DNA from: Escherichia phage vB_EcoD_Over9000
Length of the DNA stretch: 44,583 nucleotides
Sequence record: NC_073079.1
Reading direction: 5' to 3' (one strand)
Under the pieces are notes generated by a model, which was not told the origin of the DNA, made no database searches, and saw nothing but the letters and a program-made list of their open reading frames with translations. This document shows positions 9,276-17,619 of this stretch, piece by piece (positions within the stretch are counted from its first letter, which is position 1; every line of letters begins with the position of its first letter). Position numbers and translations under genes: made by a program.

Positions 9276-9869
9276 GTGGCTGAAGTCTACTCATTCGCCG
9301 CCACTATTGCTACGTGGGTGGATAAGACGAAGGAGAACAACGATAAGGCGGTGCGGGCGTACGGGATGCAAATACTCGGACGCCTTATTGAGATCTCCCC
9401 GGTGGGCGACCCTCGCCGGTGGAAAATTAACAGGGCTTACGCGCTGGCCCGCCAGCACGCGAACAAGGTGAACGCCGCGCAGCGTCGCAAGAATGGTGGC
9501 AAACTGAAGCGCGGGCAGAAAAAGCACGCCAGCGTGCTGGTATCATTCAAGACTAAAAACGGCAACGTCACGTTCCGCCAGCGTGGCTGGGCTGCGAAGA
9601 ATTACACCGGCGGACGCTTCCGGGGGAACTGGCAGGTTACGTTCGACCGACCGGCGGTTGGCGCTATCGACCGCGTGGACAAGGCCGGAACGGCAACATT
9701 AGCCGCTGGGCGTGAAGTGTTGGCGCACTATGATTCGAGTGAATACGGGTCGATCTGGTTTACTAACAATGTGCCGTATGCGCAGCGACTTGAGTATGGC
9801 TGGAGTAAACAAGCGCCCGCGGGGATTGTTCGCGTCGTAGCGGCAGAAATTAATTCAAAGGTGAAATAA
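9276..9869 (+). CDS. tail completion protein (Z-like, putative)
   Basis: 197 aa ORF with GTG start at 9276 (RBS AAGGGG); neck-module position between head-tail joining and tail terminator genes. Confidence 0.4.
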   Translation: MAEVYSFAATIATWVDKTKENNDKAVRAYGMQILGRLIEISPVGDPRRWKINRAYALARQHANKVNAAQRRKNGGKLKRGQKKHASVLVSFKTKNGNVTFRQRGWAAKNYTGGRFRGNWQVTFDRPAVGAIDRVDKAGTATLAAGREVLAHYDSSEYGSIWFTNNVPYAQRLEYGWSKQAPAGIVRVVAAEINSKVK

Positions 9870-10291
9870 TGAGCAATACTCTAATCCGCAAGGCGCTTAA
9901 CAGCGTAGTAGAAGAATTATCGGTAAGCCTGAGCACTAGCACGCGCCCGATAAAGGTTAACTGGGAGAACGTGAGCGGCGACCACGCAAAAGGCAGCGGT
10001 GTCTACCTGGAACCGTACCTGCTTCCGGCCCCTACCCAGTTTGTGGGCTTCCAGCAGAAGGGCCGTATCTATGCCGGTGTGTATCAGGTTGCCGTGGTGT
10101 TTCCTGCAGGCACTGGCACACAGTATGCGAGCGAACTGGCGGACGCCATCGCGACGTCTGACAAGTGGCAGGCCGTAAGGCTTACCGGCGCAGCGTTCCA
10201 GCTTCAGGACGCGCCATACACCAGTTCGGTGATTGAGGATGTTGATCGCGCCCGCATCGTGGTTACAGTGCCCTATTCCTGTTGTGCCTGA
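9869..10291 (+). CDS. tail terminator protein (U-like, putative)
   Basis: 140 aa; ATGA start/stop overlap with the upstream gene; directly precedes the major tail gene. Confidence 0.4.
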   Translation: MSNTLIRKALNSVVEELSVSLSTSTRPIKVNWENVSGDHAKGSGVYLEPYLLPAPTQFVGFQQKGRIYAGVYQVAVVFPAGTGTQYASELADAIATSDKWQAVRLTGAAFQLQDAPYTSSVIEDVDRARIVVTVPYSCCA

Positions 10292-10351
10292 TTTGGCGCA
10301 ATTCTGCGCGTGCTGTATCATTAAACCGTATATCTAAACAGGAGCTTTATT

Positions 10352-11077
10352 ATGGGTTATCAACTCCCCAACGGGTCCAGCGTCCAGATCGGGTCCGTAT
10401 TAGACAGCGGCATCGCTGTTACGGCAGCTACCAACGCCACCGCATCAATCTCTGTCCTTACGCAAGGTTGCGTAATTACCTGCGCGGCATCGCATGGCCT
10501 GGTTGTTGGCGACGTTGTTATGTTCACTAAAACCCCGTGGGTCCGAGCGCTTAACCGCGCATTCATCGTGGGTAAAGTAGCCGAGAACGACGTGACGCTG
10601 GCGCGCTTCGACTCCTCTGACGTCACAAAATACCCTACCGGCGCTTTCAGCGAAGGCACTCCGGGCGAAGTGGTGAAGGTGTCGGGCTTTATCGACTTCC
10701 CTTTCATTACTAACGTTGCCGTGTCGGGTGGCGACCAGCAGACTACTACCTTCCAGCCGTTGCAGGTGAACACCGCGATCAGTCTGAACACCACGAAAAA
10801 CCCGTTGGTCCAGACTTACACCTTCACCCACGACGAAGAAGACCCGATCCGCCCAATCCTGGAAGACCTGGACGACACACAGAAAACCACTGTGATTAAG
10901 TTCACTAACCCGGCAGCGGCAAGCGGCAAAGGTGAGATCCGTATTTACCCGGCAAAGGTATCTTTCCAGAAGATTCCTTCCGCTGAAGTAAACAACGTGG
11001 AAACGGTACAGTCCACTCTGACCATGCAGTCTGATATGGTTATCTACCGTAAGGATCTGGTCGAGGCGTTGTCTTGA
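10352..11077 (+). CDS. major tail protein (tail tube)
   Basis: 241 aa; RBS CAGGAG; followed by intrinsic terminator 11105-11131; immediately upstream of the G/GT chaperone pair. Confidence 0.65.
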   Translation: MGYQLPNGSSVQIGSVLDSGIAVTAATNATASISVLTQGCVITCAASHGLVVGDVVMFTKTPWVRALNRAFIVGKVAENDVTLARFDSSDVTKYPTGAFSEGTPGEVVKVSGFIDFPFITNVAVSGGDQQTTTFQPLQVNTAISLNTTKNPLVQTYTFTHDEEDPIRPILEDLDDTQKTTVIKFTNPAAASGKGEIRIYPAKVSFQKIPSAEVNNVETVQSTLTMQSDMVIYRKDLVEALS

Positions 11078-11104
11078 TTTGGTCGCTTAAATAGCGAGTG
11101 TTAA

Positions 11105-11131
11105 TATGGGGCCAGCACGGCCCCTTTTTTA
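11105..11131 (+). terminator. intrinsic terminator after major tail gene
   Basis: GGGGCC-AGCAC-GGCCCC hairpin followed by seven T. Confidence 0.8.
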
Positions 11132-11146
11132 TTGGAGAATACTACA

Positions 11147-11509
11147 ATGGCTAAAGCACCACTCTTCACACTTGACCCAAAGCCGACCTTTAAGCTGCCG
11201 ATTGAGATCCCGCGCCCTGGTGAGAACGAACCTGGCAAGATGACGTTTACCGTCCGCCACCGCCCTATCGACGAATTTTCGCAAACCATGCAGGACACAG
11301 AACGGAAGCTGTCGGAATATGACGACAATGACCCGGACGGCTTTAACGTTATGGTCGAGGCCATCATGCACGTCGCGGAAGGCTGGAATCTGCCAGACGA
11401 ATTTAACGCGGAGAACGTCCGCCGCCTGGTGGTCAACTATCCACGCGCGTTCGGGGTGTTCCATACGTCGTACTATCTCGAACTGATGGGATTGCGTGAA
11501 AAAAACTAA
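11147..11509 (+). CDS. tail assembly chaperone (G-like)
   Basis: 120 aa from ATG 11147 (RBS GGAGAA); acidic; sits between major tail and tape measure genes; ends just after an A_AAA_AAC slippery heptamer. Confidence 0.65.
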   Translation: MAKAPLFTLDPKPTFKLPIEIPRPGENEPGKMTFTVRHRPIDEFSQTMQDTERKLSEYDDNDPDGFNVMVEAIMHVAEGWNLPDEFNAENVRRLVVNYPRAFGVFHTSYYLELMGLREKN

Positions 11510-11823
11510 TTGAGGCGGCGCGACGCTTTTATGGCCCGCCGCCACCCTCCGAAGATTTAGCCGCGAGTTTATGGGGTGCGGCCCCTGAAGATGTTTGTCC
11601 GCCTGTTGCGCTATGGCCTGACAACGCGAAGATAGTCGCAGTCTTCACAGATTGCTCCACGCAATGGCGCACCGGTTTTGGTGGCGCATACGGCATCGAC
11701 TACGGCGTGCTGGAGTGGCTATTTAAGATGCACGGTATCGAAAACGAGCAGCGCGCGTTTAAAGATATCAAGCTAATGGAGCGAATCGCGCTTGATGAGA
11801 TGGCGCAGCAGAACCCCGCATAA
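11147..11823 (+). CDS. tail assembly chaperone frameshift fusion (GT-like), via -1 slip at 11500-11506
   Basis: The -1 frame is open from 11500 to TAA 11821-11823 with no ATG start (absent from the ORF track); encodes ...GIDYGVLEWLFKMHGIENEQRAFKDIKLMERIALDEM, resembling T-like chaperone extensions; slippery A_AAA_AAC at the junction. Confidence 0.5.
11500..11506 (+). promoter_or_regulatory. -1 programmed ribosomal frameshift slippery heptamer A_AAA_AAC
   Basis: Canonical X_XXY_YYZ heptamer 3 nt before the G-like stop codon; -1 frame is open for about 105 codons downstream. Confidence 0.55.
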
Positions 11824-12145
11824 TGAAGCGGGACAAGCGGGACGCCCCGTTTTGTCCCGCCCCTGTAAAACCGCATATCTAATCACTTTCATTGCATAAA
11901 CTCAAAGCGGGACAGGCGGGACGTCCCGTTTTGTCCCACCCCTGAAATGTGCATACCTATTCGAATTTCGTGCATAAAACAAACGGGACAGAAAGCGGGA
12001 CAAATGCGGGGCGGGACAAAGCGGGACAGCACCCCATCCCCACCAGTGCTGCCGCGGTTTTCAGCCGATCGGGACAGGCGGGACAAACCCCAGTCTTTCA
12101 GACTAGACGGGGGTCAACGGCCCCCCTCGTCTGAGACTGAATAAG
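11824..12145. repeat. iteron cluster (GCGGGACA boxes) plus conserved hairpin element, copy A
   Basis: About ten GCGGGAC(A/G) boxes, two ~80-bp tandem units (11826-11905, 11906-11985) each containing GCGGGAC-N10-GTCCC(G/A)C inverted repeats, then the ~50-bp element AGTCTTTCAGACTAGACGGGGGTCAACGGCCCCCCTCGTCTGAGACTGAATAA. Confidence 0.8.
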
Positions 12146-12207
12146 GTTTGTTTTAAAATCGCTGATACAATGTCAATCGGCAACTGCATAAAAAAGGGGA
12201 CTGCATA

Positions 12208-14850
12208 ATGGCAGATCAAGCGGCAGGCATCACGCTGAAGGCGGATGTCGCACAAATCAGAACGGCGAATACTGTGCTTGATTCATTCGCACAGAAATCC
12301 GAGAACACAGAAAACAAGGTTAAGAAATTAAACGACACCCTCGGCAAATCCAAAAAGGTGACGAGTGACGCCGCGGGCGGAATGGAGAAGCTGGCGACTG
12401 AATCGCAGCGCGCTGCCGATGGCATGACGAAACAGGAGCGACTTGCCAACAGGTTAGGCATGTCGACCAAAAACCTGGGCTTTGCCTCGCGTAACGCCGC
12501 ATTCCAGTTACAGGATATTGCGGTAACGCTTGAGATGGGTATGCCGGTGCACCGCGTTATGCTTCAGCAGTTACCACAGCTTACTGGGGCGTTCGGGGGA
12601 TTTGGTAACACGCTGCGTTATGTCGCGGGCGTCCTCGGTCCGGTAGGGATCGGCATTGCAGCACTAACGGCAACTTTAGGCGTAGGGGTGGCAATTACGT
12701 CCCGCGCAGAGAACCAGGTCTCAGCGCTTAACAAGACGCTGGCGCTGTCAGGTAACATTTCCGGCCTGACGGCAAACCAGATCCTGGTGCTATCCGAGAA
12801 CGCCGAGCGCATGGGCGGGTCGTTCCGCAAGACGCGTGACACAATCCAGTCGCTGGCGGCGGCGGGTGTGAAAGCGGGTGCGGACTTCGGCACGCTGGCG
12901 AAAGTGGTGAATGACTTTGCGAAGGTGTCCAGCCAGTCGATCGAGGATGTGGTCGCGGCGGTGGCAAAGTTGTCCACTGACCCAGTAGGCGGCTTGCGAG
13001 CATTGGCTGATAAGTATCACGTCGTAAACGAAGCGCAGATCCAGCAGGTACAATCCCTGGTGGATATGGGTCGTGAGACTGAAGCGGTGGCGCTGGCTAA
13101 TAAAACAGCCGCGGCGTCGTTCACCACCATGACCAACGATATTAAGTCCAACATGGGAACGCTCGAGCGGTCGATGAACGTCGTCACATCGGCAGCGAAA
13201 TCTATGTGGGATGCAATCCTGGATGTGGGCCGCGCGCAGTCCTCAAATGAGTCCGAGATGAAGGCGCGAGAGTCCTTACAGCGTCTGACAACGGCTTACT
13301 ATGCCGAGATGAAAGCGGTCAACGCTGCCGGTGGGGTAATGACAGAGGCGCAGAAAGCACGTATTAACATGCTTTACAGCGAACTGGTCGCACAGGAAAA
13401 AGTAGTGGCATCGCTCACCCTGCGTAACCGTGCAGAGCGAGACAACGCCCGCGCCGCGGACGAATCCGCGAAGGCGAACGAGGAGGCCAACCGCACCGCC
13501 CGTGACCGCGCCGCGTTCGAGAAGGAATACGCCACCAACGCTAAGAAGCGCGCCGACGAGATCGCCCGCCTCAATTTGCTGAATAAGCGCGGCGTGATCG
13601 ACGAGAAGGAACTGGCTGAGGCGGTGAAGCAGGTCAACGAGCGCTACAAAGACCCAGCACCGAAGAAGGCCGCGGCTGTTCGCGTGGATGCCGGTATGAA
13701 AATGCTGGAAGTCGCACGGAGCGAACTGGCCCAGCTTCGAGAATCCGGCAAGCAGATCGAAGCCAACGCGTCTACGCAGACCCGCACGCAACGCGCTCAA
13801 GCGGCCTTAAACAAGCTGATCGCCGACAATGAGCAGTTAATCGCTGCGAGCAAAGAAAGAGCGCTAACGGCAGCAGAAAAGCAGCAATTAGTCGAGTTCG
13901 GGCGCGTGAAGGAAGTCCGCGAGCAGATCGTCGAAGAAGCCAAATTGCTGGATGCGAAAGAGCAGCAGGTTAAGGCGCACGCGCAGATCGATGCCTTCGT
14001 TAAGAACCAGAACGCCGAACTAAAAGCCACCGCCGCGGGGTATGCGCTTTCCACTCGCGAAGCGGCAAACCTGCGCGAAGAATTGCAGCTAATTGACCGC
14101 CTGAAGCGGGTTGGCGCTAACGATACCGATATTGACAAGGCGGTGTCTAAGCTGCGAGAAGTGCAGGAAGCACAGACCGGCGCTAACGCCTCGTTATGGG
14201 ATGGATTCAGTCGCGGGCTTAAGGATAGCGTGGATGAAATGGGTAACGGATATACGCAGATGGCGTCTCTCACGAAATTCACATTCAGCGCTATGCAGGA
14301 CACGATGAACGAGTTTTTCGAGACTGGCAAGCTGAACGCAAAGGATATGGTTAAGTCCATCCTGAGCGAATTAATCAAGCTGGCTACATCGCAGGCGTTC
14401 AAGTCCATCGTTAGCGCTTTCGGGGGCGACGGCGGCAAAAACGGATTGTTCGGCGCTATCTTCTCCGGCCTCACTAAGAATGCGGACGGCGGAGCGTACG
14501 CAGGGGGCAATCTCGCGGCCTATTCGGGGCAGGTGGTAAGCCAGCCAACCTTTTTCAGTTATGGCGTCCAGGCGTTCGCTAAGGGCGCAGGATTGATGGG
14601 CGAGGCTGGTCCCGAGGCCATCATGCCGCTGAAGCGCGGGCCGGACGGGAAACTGGGCGTTGCCGCGTCTGGCGCAGGCGGTGGTATGGTCGTGACGACT
14701 AACGTTTACACGGGGACCGGTAAAACGGATACCAGTGTCAGCGGGCCGGATCCCCGTACCGCGCAGGCGTTCGGCAAGCAAATCACCGAGGCGGTGAAGG
14801 CCGAGATCGTGAAGGCGACGAAACCGGGTGGTGTACTTTACAAACGATGA
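12208..14850 (+). CDS. tail tape measure protein
   Basis: 880 aa, long Ala/Glu/Lys/Gln-rich helical region, central hydrophobic segment (VLGPVGIGIAALTATLGVGVAI), Gly-rich C-terminus; position after G/GT. Confidence 0.9.
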   Translation: MADQAAGITLKADVAQIRTANTVLDSFAQKSENTENKVKKLNDTLGKSKKVTSDAAGGMEKLATESQRAADGMTKQERLANRLGMSTKNLGFASRNAAFQLQDIAVTLEMGMPVHRVMLQQLPQLTGAFGGFGNTLRYVAGVLGPVGIGIAALTATLGVGVAITSRAENQVSALNKTLALSGNISGLTANQILVLSENAERMGGSFRKTRDTIQSLAAAGVKAGADFGTLAKVVNDFAKVSSQSIEDVVAAVAKLSTDPVGGLRALADKYHVVNEAQIQQVQSLVDMGRETEAVALANKTAAASFTTMTNDIKSNMGTLERSMNVVTSAAKSMWDAILDVGRAQSSNESEMKARESLQRLTTAYYAEMKAVNAAGGVMTEAQKARINMLYSELVAQEKVVASLTLRNRAERDNARAADESAKANEEANRTARDRAAFEKEYATNAKKRADEIARLNLLNKRGVIDEKELAEAVKQVNERYKDPAPKKAAAVRVDAGMKMLEVARSELAQLRESGKQIEANASTQTRTQRAQAALNKLIADNEQLIAASKERALTAAEKQQLVEFGRVKEVREQIVEEAKLLDAKEQQVKAHAQIDAFVKNQNAELKATAAGYALSTREAANLREELQLIDRLKRVGANDTDIDKAVSKLREVQEAQTGANASLWDGFSRGLKDSVDEMGNGYTQMASLTKFTFSAMQDTMNEFFETGKLNAKDMVKSILSELIKLATSQAFKSIVSAFGGDGGKNGLFGAIFSGLTKNADGGAYAGGNLAAYSGQVVSQPTFFSYGVQAFAKGAGLMGEAGPEAIMPLKRGPDGKLGVAASGAGGGMVVTTNVYTGTGKTDTSVSGPDPRTAQAFGKQITEAVKAEIVKATKPGGVLYKR

Positions 14851-14883
14851 TAAAATGGCCCTCACTACAACGTGGGGGCTTTT

Positions 14884-15483
14884 ATGTCACAAGGTACAAT
14901 CACACTAACGAAAGGAAGTAAGACCGTCACGGGCGCGGGAACGGCGTTCCTTAGCGAGATCGGGAAGGTACTCGTATTCGCCCGCATCGACGGCAACGAC
15001 TACACCGGCAAAATTGCGGCATTCAACTCGAACACGGTCATTACTCTGAAAGATAACTGGGCTGGGCCAACGAAATCCGGTGCGACATATGAGCTAATCG
15101 AAGCACACGACCCGCGATCAAACGAATGGCCCTATTACTGGCACATGCAATTGCAGGGCGGTGGCGACGTGCAGTTAGCTTTCCGGTCGGAGGAATTGCA
15201 ATTCGGTAATGGCTACGGACAGAACATCGCGGACGGCCCGAACGCCGAAACGAAACAGTTCCCCGTGCAATTCGTCGGGCTGACTACGGACAAGTGGTGC
15301 AACCCTAAACTGGTTTACAACTTCCTTCGCGGGCACTTCGTCAAGCCGTTTGTCGTCACCGCGCCGGATGGCGAAACAGGTTTATTCGTGGTCGAGCGTT
15401 CGAGCTTGTCGTACACGGACAACGGACACCTCACGGCAACCGTATCCGCCACCCTTAAGACTGCTATTGGATTCGTAAGATGA
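14884..15483 (+). CDS. minor tail protein (M-like)
   Basis: About 199 aa from ATG 14884 (GGGGG RBS); the ORF-track start at 14872 is GTG; first gene after the tape measure. Confidence 0.65.
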   Translation: MSQGTITLTKGSKTVTGAGTAFLSEIGKVLVFARIDGNDYTGKIAAFNSNTVITLKDNWAGPTKSGATYELIEAHDPRSNEWPYYWHMQLQGGGDVQLAFRSEELQFGNGYGQNIADGPNAETKQFPVQFVGLTTDKWCNPKLVYNFLRGHFVKPFVVTAPDGETGLFVVERSSLSYTDNGHLTATVSATLKTAIGFVR

Positions 15484-16268
15484 ATAAACTTTATCGCGAG
15501 GCGACGCGCTTTGACCCATCGGGTCGCGTTCGACTGATTCACATTGACGCGCAGGACGTGGAACCAGGCGACGGTGCGATCGGCGCGGGCCATCACTATT
15601 TCCACTACTGCTTTATTCCGCACACTGCCGAGGATATTGCTGCCGCCGGTGGTGACGAGGATAAGCTAAAACCTAAATCAATCTTCTTCGGCGGGCAGGA
15701 GTTCGAATTTTGGCCCTTCGATTTGTCCGGCCTTAACTTCTCCACATCGACGGCGGCAGAACCGCAACTAACAATCGTCGATATTGGCGGCATAATAACC
15801 CGGCTGTCGCTGAACCACGACCAGCTACTTGGCGCGAAGGTTGAGATCATTGATACGTTCGCGAAGTTCCTGGATAACGGGACAGATCCAGACCCGACGC
15901 AAAAACGTGTCCAGGAGTATTACATCGACTCACAGGTCGGGCGCAATCCTGGCAAGCAAATAACCTTCGCATTATCCTCACCCGCGGATATGGAGGGGCA
16001 AGTAGTTCCACGCCGCCAGATCATGAACATGTGCGAATGGGCGTTAAATGGGAAGTACGCCAGCGGGGACGGCTGCACGTGGAACCTTGCGAAGCCTGGT
16101 ATAAAGTATTATGACGAGCGAGGTAATGAAGTCATCGCGATGAACATGGACCGATGCGGCGGCTGTTTGTCAGACTGTTATCTTCGATTTGGGCAAGGGC
16201 TTGCGGACCCTAAAGCGGCGGTGCTGGACTTCGGCGGCTTTCCGGGGTCCAGATTAATTAAGGGGTAG
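15480..16268 (+). CDS. minor tail protein (L-like)
   Basis: 262 aa; ATGA overlap with upstream gene; Cys cluster (CGGCLSDC) near C-terminus; conserved M-L-K-I-J order. Confidence 0.75.
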   Translation: MNKLYREATRFDPSGRVRLIHIDAQDVEPGDGAIGAGHHYFHYCFIPHTAEDIAAAGGDEDKLKPKSIFFGGQEFEFWPFDLSGLNFSTSTAAEPQLTIVDIGGIITRLSLNHDQLLGAKVEIIDTFAKFLDNGTDPDPTQKRVQEYYIDSQVGRNPGKQITFALSSPADMEGQVVPRRQIMNMCEWALNGKYASGDGCTWNLAKPGIKYYDERGNEVIAMNMDRCGGCLSDCYLRFGQGLADPKAAVLDFGGFPGSRLIKG

Positions 16269-16270
16269 TT

Positions 16271-17011
16271 ATGTTAACGAAAAAGGTTAAAAGCGATATC
16301 GCCGCACACGTCGCGGCGTGTCTGCCGGAAGAAGCCTGCGGCCTTGTCGTCATGGTGGGCCGTAAGCAAGTATTCGTCCCGTGCCTTAACGTGTTTGAAG
16401 ACCCGACCGGCGTGCGCTCACGCAAAGACGCTTTCACGATTAGCGATATGGCCTGGATGGATGCCGAGGATATGGGCGACGTAGTGCGCGTAGTCCACTC
16501 GCACCCAGGTCAGCGCGAGTTAACCCCGTCGTTGGGCGACGTTAACGGATGCAACGGCAGCGGCGTCGTCTGGACCATCACTAACGAATATGGCGACTTT
16601 ATCGAGATAGACCCGGAAGACCCGCCGCTGGTGGGTCGCCGATTTGTTCTCGGAATTACGGATTGTTATGGCCTCGTTATGGACTGGCACAAAAAGCAGG
16701 GAGTAAATTTGCCAGACTTCCGCGTGCCGTACAACTGGTGGGAGACCGGGGAGAACCTGTACATGGATAACTGGTACGGTGCAGGCTTCAGGGAATGCGA
16801 GGAGAATACGCCTGGGGCGATGGTCATCATGCAGATTAGCGCGCCAGTGCCTAACCATGCCGGAATCTACCTTCCGGGCAACCAACTACTACACCATATC
16901 TACGGCAGCCTGTCGAGCGTGATACCCTTCCGGGCAGGATTTTTCCGCGACAATGTGGTTAAATGGGTACGTCATAAAGACCTACCGGGGAATATCACAG
17001 AATGGCAATGA
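16271..17011 (+). CDS. tail assembly protein (K-like; JAMM/MPN plus NlpC/P60-type)
   Basis: 246 aa; HSHP motif (VVRVVHSHPGQ) characteristic of JAB/MPN metalloproteases found in lambda K-like proteins. Confidence 0.75.
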   Translation: MLTKKVKSDIAAHVAACLPEEACGLVVMVGRKQVFVPCLNVFEDPTGVRSRKDAFTISDMAWMDAEDMGDVVRVVHSHPGQRELTPSLGDVNGCNGSGVVWTITNEYGDFIEIDPEDPPLVGRRFVLGITDCYGLVMDWHKKQGVNLPDFRVPYNWWETGENLYMDNWYGAGFRECEENTPGAMVIMQISAPVPNHAGIYLPGNQLLHHIYGSLSSVIPFRAGFFRDNVVKWVRHKDLPGNITEWQ

Positions 17012-17619
17012 CCACATTTAAATTGTACGGCGTCTTAGGACGTCGTTTTGGTAAAGTGCATAAGCTGGACTGCTTCACACCGGGCGAGGGTATCACCGGC
17101 CTGTGCGTGAAGTTACCCGGCTTACAGGACTTTCTAATGTCGGCCCACCTGGACAACATGATGTTCAAAGTGCGCAAGGGCGACCACACGATGACCGGCT
17201 ATGATGAGCTGGGTGAGTTCCACGGCAACCGCGTCGTCACCATCGCGCCGGTTATGACTGGCGCAAAAAGAGGGTTGGGACAATTGCTGGCGGGTGTCGC
17301 GATCGTAGTGGCGTCGTTCTATACGGGCGGACTTGCTACTGCTGCTTTCGGGGCTTCGGCTGCAACCGCTGCCGCTATCGGGACGGCGACGTTTTCGTTC
17401 GGGATGTCGATGGCGCTGGGTGGCGTTATGCAATTGCTATCTCCGCAACCGAAAGGATTGCAGACACGGCAGGATGTGGATAACAAGGCGTCGTATGCGT
17501 TCGGCGGCCCAGTAAACACTACCGCGCAAGGCACGGCTCTTGGTGTATTATGGGGCGAGCGTGAGATCGGCGGCGCTATTATTTCAGCCGGAATCGTAAC
17601 CGAGGACTTGAACGAATGA
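17002..17619 (+). CDS. tail assembly protein (I-like)
   Basis: 205 aa; overlaps the K-like gene; Gly/Ala-rich hydrophobic C-terminal half; position before the J-like gene. Confidence 0.65.
   Translation: MAMTTFKLYGVLGRRFGKVHKLDCFTPGEGITGLCVKLPGLQDFLMSAHLDNMMFKVRKGDHTMTGYDELGEFHGNRVVTIAPVMTGAKRGLGQLLAGVAIVVASFYTGGLATAAFGASAATAAAIGTATFSFGMSMALGGVMQLLSPQPKGLQTRQDVDNKASYAFGGPVNTTAQGTALGVLWGEREIGGAIISAGIVTEDLNE

Noticed and set aside
11949-12134. ORFs 11949-12134 and 39602-39856 encoding similar peptides (...GRDKAGQHP...PVFQTRRGS.APLV)
   Set aside because: Their similarity follows trivially from the duplicated non-coding DNA element; no RBS, and they are embedded in repeat and hairpin sequence, so they are probably not coding.
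11824-12145. Possible CRISPR array suggested by the many GCGGGACA repeats
   Set aside because: Repeat units are only 7-9 bp, spacing is irregular (1-40 bp), there are no uniform spacers and no cas genes; better explained as iterons or protein-binding boxes.
13797-14510. Long antisense ORFs inside the tape measure, J-like, polymerase and DUF2800 genes (for example 13797-14510, 18872-19564, 31979-32713, 34446-35105)
   Set aside because: All lie fully within longer ORFs carrying clear motifs on the opposite strand, with Ser/Arg/Cys-rich composition typical of out-of-frame translation.
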